From: Azolla caroliniana
Lineage: Eukaryota; Plantae; Polypodiophyta
Reading direction: 5' to 3'
Length of the DNA: 64,000 nt
Assembly (NCBI GenBank): GCA_043228905.1
Contig: JBHGNT010000005.1
Location: forward strand, 10,974,001 to 11,038,000
Each line of letters begins with the position of its first letter. Positions within the stretch are counted from its first letter, which is position 1. Below, in pieces: positions 24,473-37,310 of the stretch. The notes below the pieces were generated by a model. The model was not told the DNA's origin. It saw nothing but the letters and a program-made list of their open reading frames with translations, and ran no database searches. Both the position numbers and the translations under genes were made by a program.

Positions 24473-25089
24473 ATACATGTAGAATACTTTAAATACATAA
24501 AATACTTCTTAAGTTAAAGTTTTTTTTCAAAAAAATTTAAAACTTTTTTGGAATGTTAAATACGTAGAATACGTCGAAAACATAAACAATTGAAAAATGT
24601 CAATTCTAAAATGTGGAATACGTGTAGGATACTTCAAAGTATTCGACAACCTATTCTAAACATAGAATACACATTTTTTAACAACTATGCTTAGTACATC
24701 TAGGTGTCATCAAATCATTGCCTTTCTCCCTTAGCTGTAGAACCAACGTGTACTTGATGGATCAAGATTTTTCCATGACACAAACAATCCTCTTGAAGAA
24801 GCTCTCATGTCTAGTATTTGTGGCAGTGACTTTGATGGACGTCCTCTCCAATCAAGCCCTTATTGATTGTTGCTTTTCATAGATACACTTACCATTCCAA
24901 TTCAGTGTTATTCTTCAATGCATTCTTGTAGCTTTGTTCTTATTGATACCCTTACATTCTTTCTTATTTCCTTCTTCTTCTTTTTATTCTCTTCTTTTAT
25001 TCAATCTTTTTCGTTTATATGGCTTTCACACACACACACATACACACATCCCATATAAAGGGAGGGAGACAAGGGGGGGAGAAGAGAGA

Positions 25090-25265
25090 GAGCCCAGATG
25101 GATGTAGCTCAATTGGTAAGGTTGCCCAATGGAGACCAGGTACATTCCACAATGGCATCTAGTGAATTAAATGTATATGAAGTATATAATAGAGAGGCGA
25201 GGAAATTGGGTTTCGAACCCACGATGCGGTGCTTGTAGTGTTAACAACTTACCACTAGGGTAAGG
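25090..25265. repeat. tRNA-derived short repeat, copy A (two convergent tRNA-like heads)
   Basis: A-box-like TAGCTCAATTGG on +; A-box-like and B-box-like (GGGTTCGAAACCC) motifs on -. Reverse-complement match to 28365-28537. Confidence 0.7.
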
Positions 25266-25284
25266 TACTTACGAGAGAGAGAGA

Positions 25285-26317
25285 AATAGATTATATTATC
25301 ATCTTTAGAGGTCAAATATGACATATGAGACCAAAAATATTACATTCCACGTGATACGTGTGAAAGTGAGTAGCGACTCTCGATGTTCAAGAACTTTACC
25401 AATGAATGTTGCAATCGAGAGTGCACATTGTGGTTGTGAGAGAAATTCGTGCAAGGATTGGGCTTGGTCGAAGATGTGTGGAAAGCATGCTCAAATATGA
25501 TCAAAGGTGGAGCATTGTATCAAAGTGTGATCCTCAGACTCTTGAACTTGTTTAGGGCAAAGTGTGCATGGTTAACCACTCTCATCACTTGTGCCCCAAT
25601 GCCCCGTCTCACATCGCAATGCATGTGAGCTAAGTCGCATGGAAGCAATGGTTCGAATGGAAGCCAACGGAATGATGTGTACAGTTTCCCTGTTTTGTGA
25701 AGAATATGGTTTTGCAATTAGGTACAACATCTGTAGTATAATGTGTGAAGCGTGAGCCTCCACAATTTTCCAATGTCATGATACATTGGCATTGAAAAAA
25801 ATGCCTCATTTACAGAGGAATCTAGTGATGCATCATGATGCAAATGTGTTGCATCCCATCTACCAAACCACTTTTTCATATCTTGCATCCAACTAGAACA
25901 CAAAATGTTGCTTTTATGCGTCTTTTGGATCTTTTTGCTTGCTTCCCATGCGATTCTAGGAAGTCGATGTGAGGGACTTTTTTGAACCTTAAGCATGTAT
26001 TCAACAACCCTTTCCATGGCCACGATCTCAATGGGAAGTGATCTTGTCTCAAGGAGGAGGATGTATGACATTTGTTTCTTAACTTGTAGAAACTTTGTAA
26101 GAAAATGTTTTTGGACATTTTCAAACTCTTTCCAAGTAGATTTAGGGATGCTACCACCCCATAGAGAAACATCGGTGTCACCAAAGTGTCGAAAAGGTAT
26201 TTCTTGAGGACCCAACACTTAATATCTCCACGATTGCATGTGTCCTCAAATGCATAATATGCTCGCTTTCCCGCCTCTAAGAGGCATATAACACATTCAT
26301 TCCATCTATGATTTGAA
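25285..26317 (-). mobile_element. 5'-truncated RTE/RTEX-like LINE, same family as 4685-6397
   Basis: Reverse-complement match to ~5325-6385, including WGGSIPKSTWKEFENVQKHFL, LRCETGHWG and the 3' end. Confidence 0.9.
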
Positions 26318-28249
26318 ATTATGTTTCTATTCATGGTGTTAGCAACTTCATCATCCATCACACACAATTCTGAGATCCAAAAGCAAATAAAGTATCAAGA
26401 GTTCATAATTGTGCAATTGCAATTGGGGAAAGTTGCCATGAGGATCAATTTAGAATTTCTCTATGACGAGCTAGGTTCTTCGTAGATACATTGATGAGAG
26501 TTTGGTTATTGACTTTATTTCACATTCTAAATCCCTTGATGGTGCATGTTCTATCTTCTTCATTAAGAAGAAAGATTGGTCTATGCATTTGGCCGTGGAT
26601 TATGAAGAACTAAATAATGTCATTGTTTGAAATACATATGGTCTACTATTAATCTCAAATATTTCAAAGCATCTAAATGGGGCCAAATGCTTCATAGAGC
26701 TAGATTTTTTAGGTGCATACAATCTTCTAGATTCATCCATAGGATGAAAAGAAACTTCTTTTTGAAATCAATATGGACATTTTGAGTACATAGTTATATC
26801 TCTTGGTCTCAATAATGCACCAACCATTTTTCAACATATGGCAAATGATATTTTTAAAAATGTCTGGAATATTCTCACCATAATTTAACTCGATGATATC
26901 TAATCAAAGACTCAAGCGGAGCACAATGTCCACAATGGTCTAGTATATTAAGAAAAAATATGTATGGTGTAATAGAGAGGCATGAAAGTTTAACCTTGAA
27001 CTCAAGGCCTTGAGTTGGTAATCTAACAACTTACTAATCATAATAAAAAAACAGAGAGTCATTTGAATAATATCTTGCTTTGAGATTGGAACATCATGTA
27101 AGGATGGTATGTGAAGTTCACTTACATGTGACGTTTAATAAAAATATGTTAAGAGACATAATAACCCTAAGCCATATACAATTAAGAATCAAGATGCCTC
27201 AAAGTATAGAATACTATGAAAGACCAACATTATTCATATCCACGTAACTAAGTCCAAATTCATGAGTTTTAAAATTAAAGGCAATAAAATTGTGAATGTT
27301 CTCTCATTTAATTGTTCTCTTTCTAATAAGACATACAATGATACAACTATCAATATAAAGACTATACTAAAAAAGTACTCTTTTATTCAAAAGTAATACA
27401 AATAATAAAATTGTTATATTTTTGTGTATGTGTAGAGGAAGGAAGAAATAGATGATAGTCTATTGAACAATCCAAGGAGCTCAAGCATTATGTATATACA
27501 TGTTCATGAATGAGGGTCATAAGCCCACGAATATTCACAAGTGGCATCTCGATGCAAATTCAAATGACCAACCCATTATTTTATATTTGTCACACAAGTT
27601 CATTTAACAATGAGATTCCAAGATGATACTTATGTTGGTGCTAATTTATATTACGACTCAGAAACTTTATCTATGTAATGAGGATACATTCATATGGCTC
27701 AAATATTCCCACTCTAAATTTTGTGTGAACAGTAATAAGTGTGAAGATTAATTAATCATTTAATAATTAATAAAAGGTGAAACTCTTGGAGTTGAACAAT
27801 GTGAAAACTCACAAACATGAAGAGACCTTTTCAAGAAAGGACAAATTTGTAATTAGTATAAATATGGCATAATACCCAATTTTGTGTAACACTCATCACA
27901 AGTGTTACAATCATTATTCAACATTATACAATTCAATCATTATTTGTATTAAGGCTCGTCTGTGTTCGTCTATTATCACATGATATCAGATAGATTTTAG
28001 AAATCATGAAGATTGCATACCAATTCCTTGGTTCTCTTGATCGCGACCACAATACCAAGTGATAATCTCTCTTCTTTTCGAGAGGCTTGGGTGGAAATGA
28101 AATTAGGCTTAGTGCAAGGTCACTTCCTTTATCGAGTATACCACGTTTTGTACACTACTAGAACTCGTTTAGTTGAAGTTCTATTTTTACTTTATTTTAT
28201 TTTAGTTATAATGATTGGATAAATACCCATTTTGTTGTAAACCAACTCT

Positions 28250-28313
28250 CTCATGGGCCAATTTTGGCCTTAGAAGACGTTAATATTTCTTTCTTTCTTT
28301 CTCTCTCTCTCTC
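28250..28313 (+). mobile_element. Short LINE-type 3' terminal fragment with a pyrimidine tail
   Basis: CTCATGGGCCAATTTTGGCCTTAGAAGACGTTAATAT matches the LINE end CTCATAGGTCATATTTGACCTCCGAAGACGATAATAT. Confidence 0.65.
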
Positions 28314-28364
28314 TTTTATTGTCAACCGTTGGGTCGTTACAAGGAGTGCGAGCGACTTAGCAAT

Positions 28365-28537
28365 AACCCTAGTGGTAAGTTGTTAGCACTACAAGCATTG
28401 TGTTCTGGGTTCAAAACCCACTTCCTCATCTCTCTATTATATAGTTCTTATACAATGAATGTAGGGGTTGAACCCATGATCACCTGGTCTCCATTGGGCA
28501 ACCAACCTTACCAACTGAGCTACATCCATCTGGGCTC
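28365..28537. repeat. tRNA-derived short repeat, copy B (opposite orientation to copy A)
   Basis: On +: CCTAGTGGTAAG..GGGTTCAAAACCC (28407-28419). On -: TAGCTCAGTTGGTAAG..GGGTTCAACCCC (28464-28475). Confidence 0.7.
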
Positions 28538-28543
28538 TCTCTT

Positions 28544-28585
<42 letters not shown>

Positions 28586-29213
28586 AGAGGAAAAACATCG
28601 AAAATTCAATGGCCATGTCAACACCAAGTGTTACATCATATGATACTCCACCAACAAGGCAATCAATGACCACAATGGCGTCTAGATCAGTGCGATTCAA
28701 CAAATTAAATGGTACAAACTACCGTGCTTTGAGAGTAAAAATGGAGAACTATCTCAAAAGACCAGATCTTTGGTATATCTTCAAAGGCTCGGAAAAAGAT
28801 CACGGTGCCAACGATAGTGTAACACATCATGCATGGAGAAAAAAGAGTTTGAAGCACAGTTGTAGAATATATTCAAGATTGTAGACAAGCAACTTCACAT
28901 GGTGGAAAGTCAACAATTATCAAATGCAATGTGTGAATTTCAGAAGGTGAAATACTCATTTACTATTCTACCAACATGGGTAACTAATCTCAAGAAACTC
29001 AATCTTTAACATTAAAAGAAAATGAAGGTGTGAAGACATTCATTGACATGTGAAGGGCATTATTGGATGAAGTTATACTCTCTAGAATACAACTTAACAA
29101 TGAAGTGCAAGTCATGCTACTACTTGCCACACGTTCGTCAACATGGGGTCCATTCATCACCACTCAATCAAAGGTAAATTCTCAAAAACTAAATAAACTT
29201 CTCACTAAAATCC

Positions 29214-29493
29214 TGAAAAGAATATGTGGAATAGTGCTCGGCCACAACCGAGTCTTCAATCACTTAATGATTATCAAACACAAAAAAATGAGAAATGGAA
29301 GTAAGTACACAAACAGAAGAGAATGCACAGGATGTTAACGTGGAAAACCCTGAGAGGGAAAAACCACGGGAGTTCACAAACTCCAACTATCACTATGTAA
29401 GGAGAATACATCAGGGAGCACAGAGGCAACGACCACATGCTCACAATCTTTGCCTGGCGGCAGTTACAACAAAGGCTCACTTTGTCCCTCCCT

Positions 29494-29544
<51 letters not shown>

Positions 29545-32500
29545 TCTGCTACACTCTGTACAACAGTTACACACACAATGGATCTATACAATGATAATGA
29601 CAACCCCAATGATACAGACTCTCAAGAGTTTGCCCTAGGTCATATATATACTAATATGACTTTCGGGCTATTTACAGATATAGCCACAATGGGCTAATAG
29701 AAACATATTTATATCTATGTCCCTTCATCCGGTTCTCACCGGGTCTTCCTTGCCGGGTACTCTTATCCCATCAAGAGGGACTGAAATCCTAACAAACTCC
29801 CCCTTCACTCCGGCACGGGATGTCTGGTTAGTCCAATTCGCTTCTGGCATGCGTCCAACTTATTGGATGTCAGCACTTTGGTCAGCATATCTGACCCGTT
29901 CTTCTCTGTGTGGATTTTTGTCAGCACGAGCTCCCGATCTTCTACTCGCTCCCGGATCTAGTGGTACCTGTGCTGGATGTGCTTCGTCCTGGAATGATAC
30001 GGCGTGTTCTTCGCAAGGTGGATGGCACTTTGACTATCACAATAGAGCCGATATTCCTCTTGTAGGATCCCTAGCTCTTCGATGAAGACCTTCATCCATA
30101 GTATTTCCTTGCCGGCTTCCACAGCCGCCATATACTCCGCCTCTGTGGTTGACAACGCAGCCGTCTTCTGCAACCTCGACTGCCACGAAATAGCTCCCCC
30201 TGCATATGTCATAACATATCCCGATGTTGACCGGATGGTATCCGCGTCACCCGACATATCCGAATCGGTGAAACCGTCAAGTTGGGGTTTACCGGAGCCG
30301 AATCGGAGACACATACTTGAGGTGCCTTTCAAGTACCGGAGTATCCATTTTACTGCATTCCAGTGCTCCTTGCTGGGATTGCTCATAAACCGGCTCACCA
30401 CTCCGATTGCGTATTTGATATCCGGTCGGGTACACACCATTGCGTACAGTAAGCTCCCGATGACAGAGGCATATGGTATCTTCATCATATCCGCCTTCTC
30501 TGCCTTCGTCTTCGAGCTTTGCTTACCGGATAGCTTGCAGTTTGCCGGAAGTGTCGATCCGACCGGTTTCGCGTCTGACATGTTGAACCGCTGAAGCACC
30601 TTTGTCACGTACTTCTCTTGTGACAGCCACAATTGCTTCTTTGACCGATCCCGGATGATGTGCATCCCCAGTATCTGTCTTGCCGGACCCTAAGTCTTTC
30701 ATTGAGAAGGTCTGGTTCAAAGCCTTCTTCAGCATCCATATCTTTACTTGGTCTCGTCCGACGATCAACATGTCGTCCACGTACAGGAGGAGTATCAGGA
30801 AGTCTCCTCCGTCGAATTTCTTCACAAATACGTAGTGATCGGCCTGCGTCTTGTGGTACCCTTGATCGGTCATGAAGGAATTAAACTTCCGGTACCATTG
30901 CTGGGGAGCCTGCTTCAAACCGTAGAGGCTCTTCTTCAACCGGCAAACCAAGTGCTCCTTCCCTTTCTTCACAAATCCCTCCGGTTGCTACATATAGATC
31001 TCCTCTTCGAGGTCGCCGTGGAGGAACGCTGTCTTCACGTCTAACTGCTCTACCTCGAGGTCCATGCTTGCCGCTATGCTCAACACCATCCAGATGGAAG
31101 TCATCTTTACTACCGGGGCAAATATCTCGTCGAATTCCACTCCCTTCTTCTGCTGGAAGCCCTTCACCACGAGCCTGGCTTTGTATCTTGGGGGTTTGCT
31201 GGCATCTCCCGGTTTCAGCTTGTACACCGAATTGTTTTAGAGTGCCCTCTTTCCATTCGGCAACTCCACCAATTCATACGTGTGGTTCTCATGCAGGGAA
31301 TCCATCTTGTCCTGCATGGCACTCAACCACTTGCGGCTATAGGTGTCATCCTTCGCTTCTTCGAAGCTTTCCGGCTCCCCCTCATCGGTCAGCAACACAT
31401 GCTCTGCATCCGGAAATCTCTAGGGGGCTCTTCCTTTCCGAAGAGGATATCTCTGTCCTCGGTTTTCGGTAACCGGCTCCTGTGTCTGTTCTTCATCCGA
31501 ATCTGATTCGGGGTCTTGTCCGGTTCCGGTTTTAGCTTCCTCTCCTTCTTTTGCCGGTTCGGTATCCTCACCGTAACCGGCCGGTTCTTCGAGTGTCAAC
31601 CGGCTCTTAGTCGAGTAGGTCCGTATCTCATCGAACCGATCCCTACCGGTCGATTTCATTATCTTCTTCTCTGACTCCCAATCGCTAAGGGTCTTGTCCT
31701 CCATGAAGATAATATCTCGACTCCGAAACACCTTCTTGTCGACGGGGTCCCACACTTGGTAGACGAACTCATCCTCATCGTATCCGGGGAATATGCATGG
31801 CCGGGTCTTTGGATCCAACTTTCTTCTCCGGTCCTTAGCAACATGCACGTACGCGAGACACTCGAACACCTTCAAATGTCGGTAGGACACTTCCTTACCG
31901 GTCCACACTCTCTGCGGCATGTCTCCATCCAAGGGTACTGAGGGTGACCTGTTTATCACATATGTCGTTGTTGACAGCGCCTCAGCCCAAAACTTCTTGG
32001 GTAACTTTGCATGTGCCAGCATACTCTAAACCCTCTCCATTATGGTCCGGTTCATCCTCTTGGCCAGCCCGTTTAGTTCCGACGTCTTCGGCACGGTAAA
32101 TTCGAGCCGGATTCCCTTCGAGCGGCAATACTCCTCGAACTGCCCCCGGTATTCTCCTTCGTTATCTGCTCAAACCGCCTTCAGCTTCCGGACGGTTTCT
32201 CTTTTCACTCTTGCGTGGAGTTCCTTGAAGATGGATAACACCTGATCCTTCGTCTTCAATGGTGTGGCCCACAACTTCCGGTTGTGGTCGTCTATGAACG
32301 TCACGAAATATTGCGATCCGGCATGTGACTTCGTGTCCACTTGACACACATCGGTATGCATCAGCTCTAGTGGTGCATTACCTCTCATCGGTGGCCTTGA
32401 GCAGAAGGAGGTCCGGTTTTTCTTACCGGCCAAGCAATCGGTGCACTTCTCAAGATGCACGTCTTTAACCAGAATGAGGTTGTCATCGGCAAGCCTCCTC

Positions 32501-34509
32501 ATCCCCTTCTCGCTCATGTGACACAGTCTCTTGTGCCACAACTCACCGGCAGTGTCGGATGCAACGTTCACTTCTTCTGGGCATAACCGGGCATTCATCA
32601 GGTACAATGTGTTGACTTTTCGGGCCCGAGCCACTATCAGGCTCCCCTTGCTGAACTTCATAACTCCGTTCCGGATGCTACTTGTGTAGCCTTCATCATC
32701 TAGCTGACCGGCTAATATCAGGTTCAGTCGAACCTCCGGAATGTGTCGGACATCCTTTAGTAGCAACTTGCATCCGGTTGGTGTTGTCAGCCACACATCT
32801 CCTATGCCGATAATTCGACATGTACCTTCATTCCCCATCTGGACACAGCCATGATCACCGACTGTGTAGGATGAGAAGCATTTCCGGTTCGGGAACAGGT
32901 GGAATGACGCTCCGGAATTGACAACCCATGTTGTCTCGTCGCCGGCAAGGTTCAACTCACTCTCCTCGGTGATGAGCATCAAATCCTCTTCACTTACTGC
33001 GATTGCCATCGTCCCCTTCCGGTCCGGTCCTCTTCGGTCTTTGTCATTCTGGTCCGGTGACTGCTTCGAATTGGTACTGTCGGTTTCCTTGTCTTTCTGG
33101 AAATGCCGACAGTTCTTCTGGAAGTGCCCCGCCTTCCCCTTGACTTTGACCGTGTCCCGGACTTTTCCCTGTTCTAGGGACTCCGGTTCCTTTGTCTTCC
33201 GCGTTCCGATTCGGTAAGGAGCGCTTTGGAGTCGGATCTAGTATCGTTGTCTTTCCGACACGCTTCCTCATCTAGCAAGCTCGACTTGACTCTTGCTAGG
33301 GATAGTTGTTTTCCTTTTGGCCCGGCGTTGCCCAAAGTGACAACTAACGTCTCCCAACTTTCCGGGAGGGAACCGAGCAGGAGTAGAGCAAGTACCTAAT
33401 CGGCAAGAGGTACTTCCAATGAGGTTGCCTAATGAATCAGACCCTAGAATGCATTCATGTGCTTCGCCATACTGGCGCCGTCTTGGTACCGGAGCCTCAC
33501 TAGCTTCCGAAATACCGAAACCCGATTAACAACATTTTTGTTCTGAAACATAATGTCGATCTTCTCCCAGAGCTCACGAGCCTTGCTCTCTTCATTGAAG
33601 TTGTTGTACAGGCTCATTTCGATGAAACACCGGATGTATGTCGTTGTCTTCATGTGCATCACCTCCCAGACTGTGGCTTCGATCTTGTCCAGTCTCTTGT
33701 CCCCGAACTGAACTGACAACCAAAGATCTTTAACCACCAACATGTCCCTCATCTTCGACTTCCACACTGAGTAGTTGGAGCCGGTGAGCTTGAACATGCC
33801 GCCAAGTGAATCTTCCATTTTCTGTGTCGTTTTGCTCTGATACCAGTTTAAAAAGAATATGCGGAATAGTGCTTGGCCACAACCGAGTCTTCAATCACTT
33901 AATGATTATCAAACACAAAAAAATGAGAAATGGAAGTAAGTACGCAAATAGAAGAGAATGCACAAGATGTTAACGTGGAAAATCTTGAGAGGGAAAAACC
34001 ACGGGAGTTCACAAACTCCAACTATCACTATGTAAGGAGAATACATCAGGGAGCACAGAGGCAACGACCTCGTGCTCACAATCTTCGCCTGGCAGTGGTT
34101 ACAACAGAGGCTCACTCTGTCCCTCTGTCCCTCTCTCTCTCTCTTTCCCTCTGCTACGCTCTGTACAATAGTTACACACACAATGGCTCTATACAATGAT
34201 AATGACAACCCCAATGATACAGACTCTCAAGAGTTTGCCCTAGGTCATATATATACTAATATGACTTTCGGGCTATTTACAGATATAGCCACAATGGGCT
34301 AACAAAAACATATTTATATCTATGTCCCTTCATTCGGTGAGAGGTTCTCATCGGGCCTGCATCATCCGGTTCTCACCGGGTCTTCATTGTCGGGCACTCA
34401 TCATCTGGTTCTCAGTGGGTCTTCCTTGCCGGGTACTCATCATCCGGTTCTCACTAGGTCTTCCTTGCCGGGTACTCTTATCCCATCCGGAGGGACCGAA
34501 ATCCTAACA
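29214..34509 (-). mobile_element. Full-length but mutated Ty1/copia (Tnt1/Tork-like)
   Basis: LTRs 29214-29794 and 33849-34509; TSD AATCC; tRNA-Met PBS TGGTATCAGAGC 33834-33845; PPT 29795-29805; gag-PR-INT-RT-RH broken into several ORFs. Confidence 0.96.
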
Positions 34510-35629
34510 AATCCAACAGGAAAACACTATGAGAACACACCAAGAGTCAATCTCTCACCCTTCATCAATAGCAATGGCAACTAATATATATACAAAACAC
34601 CACAAAAAACCATTTCACAACAATCATCACCGCACATCTTATCACCAAAAATCACATCCAAGCAACAAAAACATATCATCAAGGTTTATCACATCAATCC
34701 AACAACTACACGCCTCACACCAAGAAGCACAACTATTGCCACTTCCTTGGGCACTTTGAAAATGAAATGCCAAAAGAAGCAATATCATCAATGACATGGA
34801 GGAAAAGCACACTTAACAACACTTAAAGATCAACACGATGCTGCACTACAACAATTCCACAAATGAATGGGATTCAATGACCACACCATTGATACCAAGT
34901 AGTATTTGGACACTAGAGCAACTCATCACATGATATTTGATCGATCAACACTTAGGAACTACAAACAACTACAAAACACAATGGACGTTCAAATTAGAGT
35001 CAACAGCTTACAATATGCTATTGGAATTGGTAATCTATCTTTTCCCTTACCCAACAACAAAAATGCATCATTCTTCAAGTATGCTTTGTACTTAGCCTAG
35101 TAAAAACCTCTTATCAATTAGTCAAATCACAATAATAGGTATACAACTCACATTCTCTCAAAACCAATGCATTGTGAGTCATGACACTAACTACTTCAGA
35201 TGGTTACTCTCACACCATCCATCATAATCAAACAACAAACCTATACTCTCTAGGCTTGACACCACTTGATTTTGCCAATACTAAAAAACAACCATCACTA
35301 TCAAATGGCATCACTGCTGTCGTGTGAATCTTCACACACTATGTAAAAAAATAATGAAATAATTATTATAGATTAGATTAGTAGCTTACTATAGAAAGAT
35401 GGATATACTCAAAAGCTTCAAAATATATTTTACTATATACAAAATGGAGAAATACATATCAAGTTATGTGAAAATAAAGTTTGAGAAGATAGGGAAATTA
35501 GAACTATCCCACATAGATAGGAAAGTTAAGGCCCTGGCTATATAAGCACCTTGAGCTCCCTCATTTTTCATTTGTGCTAAGAGCACTTTGGCCACTCTGT
35601 CTTGATGGATAATGGTGGCCAAATTCCCT

Positions 35630-36205
35630 AAAATTGGAAACCGGTCGGTAAGCAAATTTGGAAAACGGGCCCGGTAAGAAAATTCTGGAAAACGGGTCTG
35701 GTAAGCAAATTCGGAAACAGCCGGTATGCAAATTGGAAACCGGCCGGTAAGCAAAACCGGAACCGGAACCGGCAAGCAAATCGGAATTGGAACCGGCCGG
35801 CAAGTAAAACCGGAACCGGCTGGTAAGCAAAACCGGAACCGGAACCGGTATGCAAACCGGAAACCGGCCGGTAAGCAAAACCGGAACTAGAACCGGTAAG
35901 CAAAATCGGAACCGGAACCGGCAAGCAAAATCGGAACCGGAACCAGCCGGCAAGCAAAACCGGAACCGGCCAGTAAGCAAAATTGGAACTGGAAACCGGC
36001 CGGTATGCAAACCGGAAACCGGCCGGTAAGCAAAACCGGAACCGGAACCGGAACCGGCAAGCAAACCGGAACTGGAACCGGTATGCAAACCGGAAACCGG
36101 CCGGTAAGCAAAACCAGAACTGGAACCAACAAGCAAAACCGGAACCGGCAAGCAAGCAAAATCAGAACCGGAACCGGCCGGCAAGCAAAATGGAACCGGC
36201 TACCG
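35630..36205. repeat. AACCGG/GCAAAACCGG-based minisatellite inside the solo LTR
   Basis: Dozens of AACCGG units interleaved with TAAGCAAA/TATGCAAA. Confidence 0.95.
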
Positions 36206-36557
36206 AACGAGGTTGGACGTGGACGGACAAAAGATTGGATCATGCAACAAACTAAAGTAAAGTGAAGAGAACTAAAGTAAAGGCCATGTGGACGCAAGCA
36301 ACTAAAGTTGGAGTGCATGCAAAAAGTAAAGGTCATGTGGACGGTCACATGCAACTAAAAGAAAAAGCCATGCAACTAAAAATAGACGCAACTAAAAGAA
36401 AAAGCTAGGCAACTAAAAGTAGAGGCCATGCAACAAAAAGTGGAAAGGCTATGATCAAGGGAGAACTCTATATATATTCCATTTTTTTTCTTACACTCAA
36501 GCACTCTCCATATGATCTTAATTATTTTTCTTTTCCTTCTTCGCTCCCTTATCTTAG

Positions 36558-36757
36558 GGAAGCCATAACTCTCATAAACCCTAAATTCCCTACGGAAGCC
36601 AAAAACCCTAATTTCCCTACGGAAGCCATACGGCTCATAAACCCTAATTTCCCAACGGAAGCCATACGGCTCATAAACCCTAATTTCCTTACGGAAGCCA
36701 TAAGACTCAAAAACCCTAATTTTGCCTACGGAAGATCTTACTCATAACCCTAAATTT
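36558..36757. repeat. ~36-bp tandem repeat, with AAACCCTAA in most units
   Basis: Unit approximately TAAACCCTAATTTCCCTACGGAAGCCATACGGCTCA, 5-6 copies. Confidence 0.9.
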
Positions 36758-37310
36758 CTATAGAATCCATATCTTAATTTCCTCTTATCTATTACTCTAG
36801 TAATCTCCATTAGCTAAACTTTTTGTAATCTCAATCTTGAAATTGATTGTAATCTTTCTTTCCCTTTATTAATGAAATTTGTGATTCTTTCTCATTTTGT
36901 ATTAATTGCTTAATATAATAATACAAATCTGATATCTTTCGGTCGGAGGCCCGGGGTCCTGCCTCAAAGTTCACGTATCCTCGTCGTATTTTCGCGACAC
37001 CGCCTAGGTCATCCTCACTATCAAGCCATGAAAAACATTAAAAAACTCCACTTACTTGAAGGTCTTAAGGATAACTTTTATACCCTAAAACCATGTCCAA
37101 GTTGTATTCTTGGTAAAATGAAACAAACACATTTCCAAGATCAAACATTCACCTAAAACAACCCTTTCAACTAATTCATAGTGACTTGTGTGGACCTATG
37201 CAAACCACATCAATCCCCAATTCTAGATATTTCTTCACATTCATAGATGATCATACAAAATTTACCATGGTTTCATTCCTCAAAGAAAAATCAGAAGCAC
37301 AAGGACACGT

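Larger units (their letters stand above)
22087..24689. mobile_element. AT-rich MITE-like element (TAGAATAC-rich), split by the 22211-24472 insertion
   Basis: Ends CACTGTTGT / ACAACTATG form an imperfect TIR. Both halves align with the uninterrupted copy at 54901-55280. Confidence 0.7.
21500..26950 (+). mobile_element. Very old Ty3/gypsy remnant (same type as 6398-8412) fragmented by later insertions
   Basis: Gag FLNQLHLMIMMHPNQYP..LVGTFL (~21710); knuckle remnant GHIVWICP; protease remnant LMDQDF..LKKL..DGRPL (~24750-24850); RT remnant FFIKKKDW..VDY..GHFEY..GLNNAPTIFQ (26550-26900). Confidence 0.65.
35318..36999 (+). mobile_element. Large solo LTR (TGTCG...CGACA) with internal tandem arrays
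   Basis: Terminal inverted repeat TGTCG/CGACA; 4-bp TSD CTGC/CCGC; TATA-like run near 36468. Removing it restores the host motif KWHHRLGH. Confidence 0.85.

Noticed and set aside
27000-28245. Old solo LTR
   Set aside because: A TATA-like site and LTR-like composition are present, but no defensible termini, TSD or second copy.
35464-36354. Several 85-207-aa ORFs
   Set aside because: By-products of the stop-poor AACCGG minisatellite.
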